64,000 nt of DNA from Vampirovibrionaceae bacterium NZW_1234 (GTDB taxonomy: Bacteria > Cyanobacteriota > Vampirovibrionia > Vampirovibrionales > JAGQHJ01): positions 64,001 through 128,000 of the forward strand of contig JBGUGD010000007.1 in assembly GCA_041697335.1 (NCBI GenBank), written 5' to 3'. The translations under genes were made by a program, and so were the position numbers. The notes beneath the pieces were generated by a model. That model was not told where the DNA came from. It worked only from the letters and a program-made list of their open reading frames with translations, and ran no database searches. Positions 49,192-58,675 of the stretch are shown piece after piece. Positions within the stretch are counted from its first letter, which is position 1; the number at the start of each line of letters is the position of its first letter.

Positions 49192-50916
49192 TTAACGACG
49201 TCGCCGCAAGGTTCTTTCGAGCTCGGTCCATGTCAGCGTGTTTAAAATGTCCTGGGCTTCTAACCAACCCCGTCGGGCCTGGTCGAGCCCGTAGGAAATA
49301 TTATGAAGCCCTTTAACCGTGTGGGCATCGCTGGAGAGCACCAGCTTGACGCGATGGTCTTTGGCCAGTTTGCAGTAAATGTCGTTTAAATCCAATCGCT
49401 TGGGTTGGGCGTTTAATTCTAAAAAACAGCCTCGTTGGGCGGCAGCCTCAATCACTTTGTCCAGATGAACATCGTACCCGTCTCGTTCGTCAATGAGCCT
49501 GCCTGTTGGATGGCCGAGAATGTGAAAAAAAGGATTGTCCATGGCGCGAAGTATGCGCTCGGTCTGTTGTTGGGCAGGCAGGTGAAAGTTGGAGTGGATG
49601 GAGCACAGAACCACATCCAGCTCCTTCAGGAGCCAATCGGGGAGATCCAAGGAGCCATCTTCCAGAATGTCGACTTCGGCTGACTTGAGAACAACAATTT
49701 TGTCAAAGCGCTTGTTGACAGAGTCAATTTTTCGCAAGTGCTCTACCATGCGGTTTTCATCCAGCCCGTGGGCTATGGTGGTCTGTTTCGTATGATCCGT
49801 GATGGCTACGTATTCATACCCTTTGTCCTGGGCTGCTTGGACCATTTCTTCCAGCCGGTGGCGCCCGTCACTGGCACGGGTGTGAGTATGCAAATCGCCA
49901 CGAAGCTGCCTTAAGTTCACCAGGTGTGGTAAACGGCCCTCTTGGGCCGCCTCGATTTCGCCGCGATTTTCTCGCAGTTCCGGTACCACATAGGCGAGGC
50001 CCAGTTCACGATAGAGCGCTTCTTCACTATTGATGCCCATTCTCTTGCGCGCACGATACAACCCATATTCATTGAGCTTTAAGCCCTGTTGTTGCGCCAT
50101 GGTTCGAAGAACAATGGTATGGGCTTTTGAACCCGTAAAGTAGAGTAGTGCCGCCCCGTAGCTCTGGGGAGGCACCACGCGAAAATCCACCTGAAGACCG
50201 GCCTTCAGGATGACTGAGGCGCGGGTTGGGCCTTGCCATAAAATTTCATGAATATCCTCGTATTTTAAAATGCGAGGCATCAGTTTTGCTCGGGTCTTGC
50301 CTGTAATTAAAATGTCCAGGTCGCCGACGGTTTCTTTTCGGCGTCGATAACTTCCTGCCACAACAGCTTGTTCGACACCAGGAAGTGTTTGAATATAGCG
50401 CAGTAACGGTTGTGCCAGCTGATCGGCCACGGTCAGAAGAATGCGCTTAGGGGCAAGGGCCCTCTTCTCCAGTTCGTTTCGGATTTTGTCTTCCATCTTG
50501 GGGCCAAAGCCCTGGAGCGTCTGGATTTTATGTTTTCGGGCCGCTTGTCTGAGATCGGCTAGTGTATTGATTCCCAACTGATGGTGCAGAATGCTCACTC
50601 GCTTGGGACCCAATCCGGCAATCTGTGTCAGTTCGAACAGAGTTGGCGGCAGTTGATGCTCTAGTTCGTCCAGTGCCTGTATATGGCCTGTGACGACGAG
50701 CTCTGTAATTTTTTCGGAAATGCTTTCGCCAATTCCGGGTAAATGTGGCAGTGTTTGCCCTTCTAAAATAACTTCGGCCACGGGAATGGGACTATCTTCA
50801 ATGGTTTGTGCCGCATTTCGGTATGCGCGCACTTTAAAGGGATTCTCGCCGGCAATATCGAGTAAATCGGCCAGGGTTTCCAATTTATTGGCAATATCCA
50901 CATTGGCGAGTGCCAT
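49192..50916 (-). CDS. polX: DNA polymerase/3'-5' exonuclease PolX with PHP domain
   Basis: GENPFKVRAY, AGSYRRRKETVGDLD, VDFR, YFTGSKAH, PELRE, GDLHTHT, ITDH, HPTGR, SSDAH. Confidence 0.96.
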   Translation of the reverse strand: MALANVDIANKLETLADLLDIAGENPFKVRAYRNAAQTIEDSPIPVAEVILEGQTLPHLPGIGESISEKITELVVTGHIQALDELEHQLPPTLFELTQIAGLGPKRVSILHHQLGINTLADLRQAARKHKIQTLQGFGPKMEDKIRNELEKRALAPKRILLTVADQLAQPLLRYIQTLPGVEQAVVAGSYRRRKETVGDLDILITGKTRAKLMPRILKYEDIHEILWQGPTRASVILKAGLQVDFRVVPPQSYGAALLYFTGSKAHTIVLRTMAQQQGLKLNEYGLYRARKRMGINSEEALYRELGLAYVVPELRENRGEIEAAQEGRLPHLVNLRQLRGDLHTHTRASDGRHRLEEMVQAAQDKGYEYVAITDHTKQTTIAHGLDENRMVEHLRKIDSVNKRFDKIVVLKSAEVDILEDGSLDLPDWLLKELDVVLCSIHSNFHLPAQQQTERILRAMDNPFFHILGHPTGRLIDERDGYDVHLDKVIEAAAQRGCFLELNAQPKRLDLNDIYCKLAKDHRVKLVLSSDAHTVKGLHNISYGLDQARRGWLEAQDILNTLTWTELERTLRRRR

Positions 50917-51080
50917 GGCTGTTTACCCCTTGCGGTTGTGTCATCGCAAACTCTTTTTAAATGGCTGGATGACTCTGGTCACACCGAAGTTGCTCATTTC
51001 CAATTACCGATATTTTGGAAGTGATGTGGCCCAGAATTCAACTGCTCGTTTGGCCAGTTTCGAGGGGATTGGGGCGGATC

Positions 51081-51821
51081 TTAGCCGGGTTCAATAAACA
51101 GGGAATTGCCCAGGACTTCCGGAAATCGGAGGCTGATGGGATCGCCCGGCCTGAGGTGGGCATTGGGATAGACATGGAAGAAACTGACAAGGGTTGGCAC
51201 ACCCAGCGGTGATAATAAGCCCAAGGCAATGCGTTGGGTTGTTGTACTGTTTTCCAGGGTGGGGGAATAGAGTTGGGTAAGGACCCCGGCTGCGGCTGTA
51301 ACCGGAGTTGTCAGGGCCCAAGTTTGAAACCCGCTTAAATCGGTTGTACTGTGTAAAATAATGGCTGTGGTTGATCCGGCAAGGAGGGGGGGTAAGCTAC
51401 GTAATACTGCTCTTTGGCCGGTAATGGCACTTTTGTCGTGCATGGTTTTGCTACTCAAGTGAGCTACGGTTTGATCGATCTGAAGTCGGTTCCGATTGGG
51501 GAAGATGACTTCGCGAATTTCAATGGTGAGATACCCGGGGCGCCAATAGCGGCGAGAAGCGTCAGCCTTGATGATTTGGCCTTTAAATTGGGTTTGTGCT
51601 GGAATGCAATGATGATGGACACAGTGGCGTTCCTGAGTGATGGCAGAGAAGCTTTCTCCTGTTTGACTGGTTTGAGAGTGATGCTCGGTCTGCATCACCA
51701 TGCGAATGGGACGGTCCATGGCTTTCAGCTCAACATCAGCCCAACTGGCTTGAGCCCTAAAGAAACAAAGCAATAACGACATGGCAATGACGATTTTTGT
51801 AACTGGCTGGGTGCGATTCAT
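51081..51821 (-). CDS. secreted/membrane hypothetical protein
   Basis: signal peptide; S-x-T-x-x-x-GE-x-F...IPA-x-T-x-F-x-G beta-rich pattern and hydrophobic hairpin. Confidence 0.65.
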   Translation of the reverse strand: MNRTQPVTKIVIAMSLLLCFFRAQASWADVELKAMDRPIRMVMQTEHHSQTSQTGESFSAITQERHCVHHHCIPAQTQFKGQIIKADASRRYWRPGYLTIEIREVIFPNRNRLQIDQTVAHLSSKTMHDKSAITGQRAVLRSLPPLLAGSTTAIILHSTTDLSGFQTWALTTPVTAAAGVLTQLYSPTLENSTTTQRIALGLLSPLGVPTLVSFFHVYPNAHLRPGDPISLRFPEVLGNSLFIEPG

Positions 51822-52000
51822 TTGGCCACGCTCCTCGACCGATGCTAAAGCACCCTTCTAACATGACCAGCTGATGTGCCCTATAGCCACGTCGACTAAA
51901 GCCTTTGTCGAGGATCGGATCGCAAGCCTGTTCTTGCGAGTTACGAGTGTTTTTGATACCGTAGCGCTGTTGGAGCATTTGGTTTGGGAGTTCTTGTTCG

Positions 52001-52390
52001 ATGCGCATCCATCCACCAGCACCCCGGTTTGGGAGTCGCTATTCCTTTCCAGTCGATATTTTTAAAACCAATGTGAACCCATTGACCCAGGATCTCTATG
52101 ATCGGGTCTGGTACCCCCACACCCACCACTGGAGCAGTGAAGATAACTTCGTGACCCTTGATTTGATATCGGGCAAGCGCATCACCACGAAAGTAGAGCC
52201 CAAGGTATTTTACGTTCACAGCGGGGTGCTAAACGATCGTCCCTGGTTGCGCCGCCTCTCCAAGCTATTGCCGGGAGGCATCGCAAGGAAGCTTGAAGCC
52301 GCAGCCGATCGCCAGGTAGAGTCGGTTCTGCATCGGCATCGCATTGAATTTAAAAAAGAAGCCTTTTCGGATCTAAGAACCATTCCATAG
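52001..52390 (+). CDS. hypothetical protein with N-terminal PRFG leader
   Basis: GGAG RBS; MRIHPPAPRFG start. Confidence 0.65.
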   Translation: MRIHPPAPRFGSRYSFPVDIFKTNVNPLTQDLYDRVWYPHTHHWSSEDNFVTLDLISGKRITTKVEPKVFYVHSGVLNDRPWLRRLSKLLPGGIARKLEAAADRQVESVLHRHRIEFKKEAFSDLRTIP

Positions 52391-52593
52391 CCCTGACCCG
52401 AACAATAGCGAACAGGTGTTAGTGCAGGGATGCCAGAGTCTGTTGGAACAGTTCCAATTGCGGAAGAATGCCGTACTGGATAATCAGCCAAGTCAAGGCC
52501 CCGAGGAGGACAGCGGTGAAAAGTTGCTTTCGGGCTTGGGCGATATGTCTCATGCGTGGGTATTCTCCCAGGGGTTATCTTTCAACAGAGTGA

Positions 52594-53604
52594 CTAGTGG
52601 CCGAAATAGTGATTAAACCCGTATAGTAATGAGAAGACGGTCACCGATCCTATCAGGCCAAGGGTGCTGAGCTTCATGCACAAGGCGGGCAGAACCGGAC
52701 GATAGTTGACATAGGGGACTTTTTCGAACTGCTCCTGGATGGGGATAATGTCGGGGGTGTCCATAAAATTCCAGTTCAGGGGAAAGGTAAATTCGCTTTT
52801 GAGGGCGCTGCCCAATGCCGCGATAATGGGTGGCTCATGATGGGACCCATAGAGCGGACTCAGTTTCATAGGGGATGCTGGGGCGCCCAGTGTTTGCGAT
52901 GTCAGAGCAATCAAGGGCTTTTCGGAGGCTTCTTGCCAGGTCAGCCAATGGGCAATGCCATAGCGTTTTGATTTTTCTTGAGCCAGGGTTGTGATCTGCT
53001 GTGGTGAAATTTCAGCGGGGAATTGCTGGAACTCAATCAATGTGTTGCCTTGCCAGATCATCCACCAGGCGTGTTCATCTGAACCATGAACACAGCCCCA
53101 ATAGGCTTGGGAGCCAATCGTCTGAATTAATTTGTCCAATACGCCTGAGGCGGCTAAAGCCCGCACGCCACACAGAGGGGTTAGCTCGATGGCAGAGAGC
53201 TTATAGCCCACTTCATAAAAGAGGGTCATCAGTTCCAGAATCAGAGATTGGGGTAGCTCGCTATAAATCTCCTGTTGGCGGTGAACCTCATGCGCACACA
53301 GTGTGCTTTGCTTCACCACGGTATTTTCGAATGCTGATGAACCGGGTCGTTCGTGACCCACGGCAAGTGGGGAGAGGTTGAGGTAAATGTTCTGATAGAA
53401 ATCCGGGTAACCCAGCGACAGCATCAAGGCTTCCAATTGATGCTTGAAATAGTCCGGTGCCGTTAAGCCGCTGAGGTCGTGTTTAAACAGGGGCTGTGTG
53501 AGTGAAATGCTGACCGTGTTCAGGATGGAAAAATTCTGCATCGAAACCACCACCGCTTCTAAGCGGCGTGGCAGTAAGGTAATGCCAATTGAAATCTTTT
53601 CCAT
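52594..53604 (-). CDS. divergent PilM-like protein
   Basis: N-terminal SIGI...LEAVVV, GYKLSAIELTP...RAL, ALGSAL patterns reminiscent of PilM; C-terminal hydrophobic segment. Confidence 0.45.
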   Translation of the reverse strand: MEKISIGITLLPRRLEAVVVSMQNFSILNTVSISLTQPLFKHDLSGLTAPDYFKHQLEALMLSLGYPDFYQNIYLNLSPLAVGHERPGSSAFENTVVKQSTLCAHEVHRQQEIYSELPQSLILELMTLFYEVGYKLSAIELTPLCGVRALAASGVLDKLIQTIGSQAYWGCVHGSDEHAWWMIWQGNTLIEFQQFPAEISPQQITTLAQEKSKRYGIAHWLTWQEASEKPLIALTSQTLGAPASPMKLSPLYGSHHEPPIIAALGSALKSEFTFPLNWNFMDTPDIIPIQEQFEKVPYVNYRPVLPALCMKLSTLGLIGSVTVFSLLYGFNHYFGH

Positions 53605-53787
53605 GGGCCTTGCGCCATTCCTCTTCTCTCACCAATGGAGCGGACCCCACGCGACCAGGGTACTCCACCAATACAATAGTCAATTTCTACCGAAGGGAGA
53701 TCAATTGTTAAGTGGACATCGGCGGTTTAACTCAAAATCTCCGGTGGATGGAGTAGCCTTTCCGGAGGAGTGTGGATGGTGTCGGGA

Positions 53788-54915
53788 TTAAAAGTCGCGA
53801 ATCAGATAATTGGCCAGGCTGCGTGGGGCTGCCAGAGACACACCGCAGAGTTTTTTACCTGTTTGAATCCGGGGAGAAGACAGTTCGGATGCCGTTGTGT
53901 CGGCCTGCCCGTCGCCAGTATAGTCGGCGCCGGTCAAGGTGTTGGTATCGGGATTCAACAGTGGTGTGACGACGAACTCGCCGCGTTCGCGTTCGGTGTC
54001 TAAGGATGAATTGCTGGCCCATCCCAAGGGCCGTCCGGCGGCATCAACTCCTCCAACCACGTGGATATGCGGTCCTTGGGCTAGACTCAGGAGATTGATA
54101 TGATCCCGGCTGTTACCGGCTCCGATAAAGATGGCTGTGGTGGGGCCAAACCCTTCCAGCTGCTCTACCAGCTTTTTCCCTGGGCCTCGCCACAAGTGGA
54201 CTATGCTTTGGGCCTCAGTACTTAGCCCCGAAAGGTCCTGCTGGGCCGACCAGCTATCCAGCTTTTGCCTTAAAGTGGCCTGGTGTTGTTTTAAGGTTGA
54301 GGCTGTCATGCTTGGAATGCCTGCAATTTCGGCCAGTGAATCTATTGGCAGATAAACGGCAAGCGAGAGGTTCACGGCTTTCCAGGGGCCGGATGTTTTT
54401 AACCTGGTCAAGGCCTGCTGTATTTCCCACACCGACTGTTGCGGGACATGAATTTCGGCAATGTCAACCCGGGGGACGTGGGGGCCAAGTTGGCTTTTCA
54501 GATGGTCGACCACCGTGCGTCCGTGGGTTAAATCGCCGTGCCCGTCGCCATCGATGTCCTCATCCCGATCCTCGAAATTATCCAGCACTGCCACGCGAAC
54601 CTTGAATGGCCCCTGGGGTGCAAGTTTGGATGGAGACACCTCTGCCGAATCTCTTGCAGCCGGTTTTGTCGGTGCAAGTGGAGTTGATTCATCCCCTCGC
54701 AAGGTTCCTAAGAGCAAGGCCACGGGGAGCAAAAGCCATCGAAATCGCTGGGGCGAGATGCGTGCTTCTGAGCGATTTGCATGGTCAAGACCCTGACCGA
54801 AACGAGTGAAGCCGGGCGCAAAACTCACCGTGTTTGCACCGCCTCTCAGTGGGAGGTGCCCCGCCATGGCGTTGCTCCTACCATAGTACCCGCCTTGTAC
54901 CGGCTGAATCGTCAT
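53788..54915 (-). CDS. minimal S8 (subtilisin-like) serine peptidase with N-terminal leader and TM segment
   Basis: catalytic D (VAVLD), H (HGRTV), oxyanion N (AGN), S (GVSLAAP); VNLSL; DxDGDG-type loops. Confidence 0.8.
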   Translation of the reverse strand: MTIQPVQGGYYGRSNAMAGHLPLRGGANTVSFAPGFTRFGQGLDHANRSEARISPQRFRWLLLPVALLLGTLRGDESTPLAPTKPAARDSAEVSPSKLAPQGPFKVRVAVLDNFEDRDEDIDGDGHGDLTHGRTVVDHLKSQLGPHVPRVDIAEIHVPQQSVWEIQQALTRLKTSGPWKAVNLSLAVYLPIDSLAEIAGIPSMTASTLKQHQATLRQKLDSWSAQQDLSGLSTEAQSIVHLWRGPGKKLVEQLEGFGPTTAIFIGAGNSRDHINLLSLAQGPHIHVVGGVDAAGRPLGWASNSSLDTERERGEFVVTPLLNPDTNTLTGADYTGDGQADTTASELSSPRIQTGKKLCGVSLAAPRSLANYLIRDF

Positions 54916-55032
54916 ACCAAACTCCCGAATAGGTATCAGAGGATCTGGCTTTAAACCTCTGTCTGCTTCCCTGAGGGTAGCTCAGCGGTACCGGTGTGTC
55001 AATGACACTTGTAGGAGTAAAAAGGCTGTGTT

Positions 55033-55812
55033 TTAGAAAAATTTGGCAAACTCAAACGTGAGACCTGGTTTTCCATACACCCGGCCGCTGTTGGGGATTT
55101 GGTAGCCCAGATACATCGTGGCTGAAATTTTGGGAAAGGCATAACTAAAGCCAGATGTTAACAAGCCCAGTCCATGAGAGCCGGAGTACCAGTCCGTGAT
55201 GAGGCTGAATCTTGACGTCAGGGGTTGCTCAATGCCTCCGATAAAATGGATCGTATCTCGCCCGAAGAGCTGGTTGGTCCCGGCGCTGATTCCTGCTGTC
55301 AGGCGGGTTTTCAATTTAGGTACACGGCCGCTCAGGTGTCCGTAGGACCAATTGCCCACACCTTGGCCGTCCAGAGACGTCAGTATCTGGCTACCCGTGG
55401 TCAATTTGAATTCGCGCTCAGGAAAGGTTTTTTGAAGCAGCGGCCATGCGGTTTTAAATCCCACCCCCACAGACACATTATCAGACGGGGGGGAGCTGAG
55501 GTTGTATTGCGAGATATTGAGATCCGTGTTGTGGCCCAGGCCATAGGCAAAATAGTGAGTGCCGTTCCAATAAGCTCCCGGGCCATAAGGCCGGGTCTGG
55601 GTTTCATGTTCCAGGTAAATGACCCCGCGCTCGGTTACATCGGCCGATGGGACATTAAAAATCGTCTGCTGGGCCAGCCCTGGCGTTCCGGTCGTCAGGG
55701 CGCTCATCAGAAATGTGCCCCCTAGAATTTTGGCGCAACAACGTTGGTGTCGGGACAAAGTACCTTTTGAGAGAAGCATCTTTTGTAAACAATCAGCTAT
55801 CAGTGACATCAA
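55033..55812 (-). CDS. putative outer-membrane beta-barrel hypothetical protein
   Basis: signal-like N-terminus then QQTIFNVPSAD; alternating beta-strand pattern; ends in F; start uncertain. Confidence 0.6.
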   Translation of the reverse strand: MMSLIADCLQKMLLSKGTLSRHQRCCAKILGGTFLMSALTTGTPGLAQQTIFNVPSADVTERGVIYLEHETQTRPYGPGAYWNGTHYFAYGLGHNTDLNISQYNLSSPPSDNVSVGVGFKTAWPLLQKTFPEREFKLTTGSQILTSLDGQGVGNWSYGHLSGRVPKLKTRLTAGISAGTNQLFGRDTIHFIGGIEQPLTSRFSLITDWYSGSHGLGLLTSGFSYAFPKISATMYLGYQIPNSGRVYGKPGLTFEFAKFF

Positions 55813-56001
55813 CGCCCTTTAAAACGAACTCAACAGCGCTAAGCCCAGTGTAAGGCCCGGTATTTCATAGTCAGTGATTCAGAGAGTCATCCTACATATC
55901 ATCCCCGATTTTACACCAGTGGCCAATGACATTCTGGGTAATATCCATTAGTCTAGGGCAGTCCAGGGAATGGGGCTGAATCAACCTATCGGAGCAGCAA
56001 C

Positions 56002-56784
56002 ATGTGGAGCCGCAAGACACCTCTGTCGATTACCTCGTTTGATGCCAATCGAGTCTATATCGGGACATCCGGCTGCTCCTACGATGACTGGCATGGGCGG
56101 TTTTATCCGGAATCGATCCGTTCGGACCGCTATTTAGCCTATTATGCTCGTTATTTTCAGTCGGTGGAGGTGAACCGGACATTCTATCGCCTGCCTTCGG
56201 TAGAGCAGGTAGAAGACTGGGCTGCCAGTGTGCCTCGGGATTTTGTGTTTTCAATCAAGGCCAGTCGCTTTATTACCCACATGAAGAAGTTATCCGACCC
56301 CGAGGAACCCCTAGAACGGCTTTTTCATTGTCTTCAAGGCTTAGGCCCCTCTCAGGTGGGTCCCATATTGTTTCAGTTGCCTCCGCGCTGGCACATCAAT
56401 CCGGAGCGACTTGAGTCGTTTCTGACGTCTTTGCCCGATACCTATCGCTATGTGTTCGAGTTTCGGGACCCCAGTTGGGTGGTGCCAGAAATCGAAGCAC
56501 TTCTGGCGCAGTATCACTGTGCTTTTTGTTTGTATGATTTGGCTGAGGAGGCCACGCCATTTATTCGCACAACGGACTTTGTCTATTGGCGACTTCATGG
56601 GACGCAAAGCCTTGGCCATGGGGTCTATTCCAAGAGTCGGCTTCAGCAGGTAGCGCGCCAGATTCGGGCCTGGCAATCGGAGGGGATTGCCGTATTCTGC
56701 TACTTCAACAACGATGCCCATGGGGCAGCACTTGAAAATGCTCAAACGTTGCAAAATCTTTTGGAACAGGCGGTCCTGATATAG
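56002..56784 (+). CDS. DUF72 domain protein
   Basis: IGTSG..Y..W.G.FYP, VEVNRTFYRLP, KASRFITH, LFQLPP, EFRDPSW, RLHG, YFNND. Confidence 0.95.
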   Translation: MWSRKTPLSITSFDANRVYIGTSGCSYDDWHGRFYPESIRSDRYLAYYARYFQSVEVNRTFYRLPSVEQVEDWAASVPRDFVFSIKASRFITHMKKLSDPEEPLERLFHCLQGLGPSQVGPILFQLPPRWHINPERLESFLTSLPDTYRYVFEFRDPSWVVPEIEALLAQYHCAFCLYDLAEEATPFIRTTDFVYWRLHGTQSLGHGVYSKSRLQQVARQIRAWQSEGIAVFCYFNNDAHGAALENAQTLQNLLEQAVLI

Positions 56785-56809
56785 ACTGCTCCTTGCCTCC
56801 TTGGCGGTA

Positions 56810-56833
56810 AGTGCTGCAAATATTTGCAGCACT
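56810..56833. terminator. perfect 24-bp palindrome between convergent genes (probable bidirectional terminator)
   Basis: AGTGCTGCAAATATTTGCAGCACT is self-complementary. Confidence 0.6.
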
Positions 56834-56881
56834 CCGGCTCAAGCGGCTGCTGTCTTTCTCGGGGGATTCAATAATACGGCA

Positions 56882-57091
56882 TTAGGCCAGTGGGCTTGAC
56901 CCCCATGGGTTAAGGGCGCTCATACAGAACGAGTCCACCTTCGGGGCTGACATACCTGAAAAAGACAACCCGCTATCACGGCCACTGAAAGGTATAGGCG
57001 CTTGTGGGTCCGACCAAGCGGCCGATGCGCTTTGTGACGCGCCGAACGCGCCGGAACTTAAAATTTGGCTTGCAAGTGATAAATTTGACAA
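56882..57091 (-). CDS. small Ser-rich hypothetical protein
   Basis: GAGGAGAG RBS before TTG; AFG/PFSG/SFSG and KVDSF motifs. Confidence 0.55.
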   Translation of the reverse strand: MSNLSLASQILSSGAFGASQSASAAWSDPQAPIPFSGRDSGLSFSGMSAPKVDSFCMSALNPWGSSPLA

Positions 57092-57208
57092 TGCTGTTCT
57101 CTCCTCAATCCTCTTCCGCTGCTTTAATAAAAAATTTGAGATCGTAAAAATTGATTGTCTTTTTCGTAATTGTTACATTTTTTTATCGAGTCCGATTTAT
57201 TGCAGAGG

Positions 57209-57237
57209 AGAGGAACGGAAAACTTTTCCGTTCCTCT
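57209..57237. promoter_or_regulatory. 29-bp palindrome between divergent small ORFs
   Basis: AGAGGAACGGAAAA-C-TTTTCCGTTCCTCT (14-bp arms, 1-nt spacer). Confidence 0.5.
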
Positions 57238-57416
57238 TGCATCGCTTTAATGATGGAGGCCGGAAATCTTAAGGTTTTGTGAATTGCCGCTCGGAATAGC
57301 AATGGTGTCCAGGCCAACGTTTTTATTGAAGTAGTTCCAACCGATTCGGAACGTCATGAAGACAATAAAAAAGACAGAAAAGACACAGAGAAGAGAAGAC
57401 GCGAGAGAGGAACGAG

Positions 57417-57620
57417 ATGGACCCAGGTTTAATGCAATCCATATCTTGGCATTCCGGTGTGACCAGTCGGGAGATGGTCTCGGTCATTCGCCAGGTGCAA
57501 GATAATGCGTTGTCTGCGTTTCATCGGCAGCAACAAGGCAACCCCCTGCATCAGGTGGATACCTTTCATCTGAGCTCGTTTCAAGATCTGCCTCAACCCA
57601 AGCCATCCCCATTTCGTTGA
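57417..57620 (+). CDS. small hypothetical protein
   Basis: purine-rich leader with GAGG RBS; QVDTF motif. Confidence 0.55.
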   Translation: MDPGLMQSISWHSGVTSREMVSVIRQVQDNALSAFHRQQQGNPLHQVDTFHLSSFQDLPQPKPSPFR

Positions 57621-57669
57621 TTCTCAAGGTTTTGCTAAATAAAGCACAATTCAGTTTTGTTTTTAATCC

Positions 57670-57708
57670 GGTTTCTCCGTACGCGCAATTTGCGCGTACG
57701 GAGAAACC
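57670..57708. repeat. 39-bp palindrome (19-bp arms)
   Basis: GGTTTCTCCGTACGCGCAA-T-TTGCGCGTACGGAGAAACC. Confidence 0.75.
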
Positions 57709-57961
57709 CAACCAAAGGTTCACCCATGTGTCATTTGGTTAGAGCCCTATGTAGAGTTTGACTTTAAAATCCGCCACTTGGTCAGGCTTCTGATTTGGTG
57801 TAATTGAGTATTTTAAAGTAGATCAATTGATCCCTTGTCGCTCTCAGGTGTTGCGTAGTTACCAAGTTCACTCGCAAGGCTGTCGTAACGGCATCGATTG
57901 ATGACAATGGGGTTCAACGGAAATATATCCGAAAAAGCAGACACGATAGGAGGAGTGGGCA

Positions 57962-58180
57962 ATGTCCAAACGACGCCATTATCAGAATATGCCGGCGACG
58001 GATGCTCCCCAGCAAAAGCCCGGGACAGAACACCAGGCTCAAACCACACAAGAGCACATCGATGCTGCGCTTCATGCCGAACCCGGGCATCTGGTGTTTC
58101 GAAAGGCCAATCGGGCCGGACACCGGGGCCATGTGGGTGAAGAAGGGCCTGAATTTATCGATGACATTGAAATGCCTTAG
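57962..58180 (+). CDS. small hydrophilic hypothetical protein
   Basis: AGGAGGAG RBS before ATG; 72 aa. Confidence 0.55.
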   Translation: MSKRRHYQNMPATDAPQQKPGTEHQAQTTQEHIDAALHAEPGHLVFRKANRAGHRGHVGEEGPEFIDDIEMP

Positions 58181-58530
58181 GAAACGTGCTCTTCGTTGGA
58201 TTTATCACACCACTTTTTAGCCACGTCGTACAATTGATCCAACGCCCCGACAATATCCTGGCCTTTTTCGGAGAGTCCGTATCCGACCTGTGGCGGGGTT
58301 GAAGGGATGACGTTACGGTAAATGATGCCGCTTTCTTCCAGCAGGCGAAGCCGTTCTGTCAGGACCTTGGCTGAAATACCATGGATGGCCCGCTTGAGTT
58401 CACCAAAACGGGTTTCGCCGTGACGGCTTAAGATCCAAAGTATATGGATGGTCCATTGTCCCATTAACAGGCGTAAAAGCGAATCCATGGGGCAACCAAT
58501 GGGACTATTGGGAAGCTGAAGCCGATTCAT
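58177..58530 (-). CDS. HxlR-family winged-helix transcriptional regulator
   Basis: GCP N-terminal Cys, QWTIHIL, RFGELKR, ISAKVLTERLRLLE, PPQVGYGLSEKG. Confidence 0.93.
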   Translation of the reverse strand: MNRLQLPNSPIGCPMDSLLRLLMGQWTIHILWILSRHGETRFGELKRAIHGISAKVLTERLRLLEESGIIYRNVIPSTPPQVGYGLSEKGQDIVGALDQLYDVAKKWCDKSNEEHVS

Positions 58531-58675
58531 GGTGTGGTTACCTGAAAGTACCTACTTACAATTCGAAACCAGATTTAGTATGGTAATAACGATAGTTACT
58601 TATAGTTACTAATGTACTTCAGACTGTCCAAAAAAGAAAGCGGCCTCAAAGGCTACAACAAAGGAGAACAGTGCA

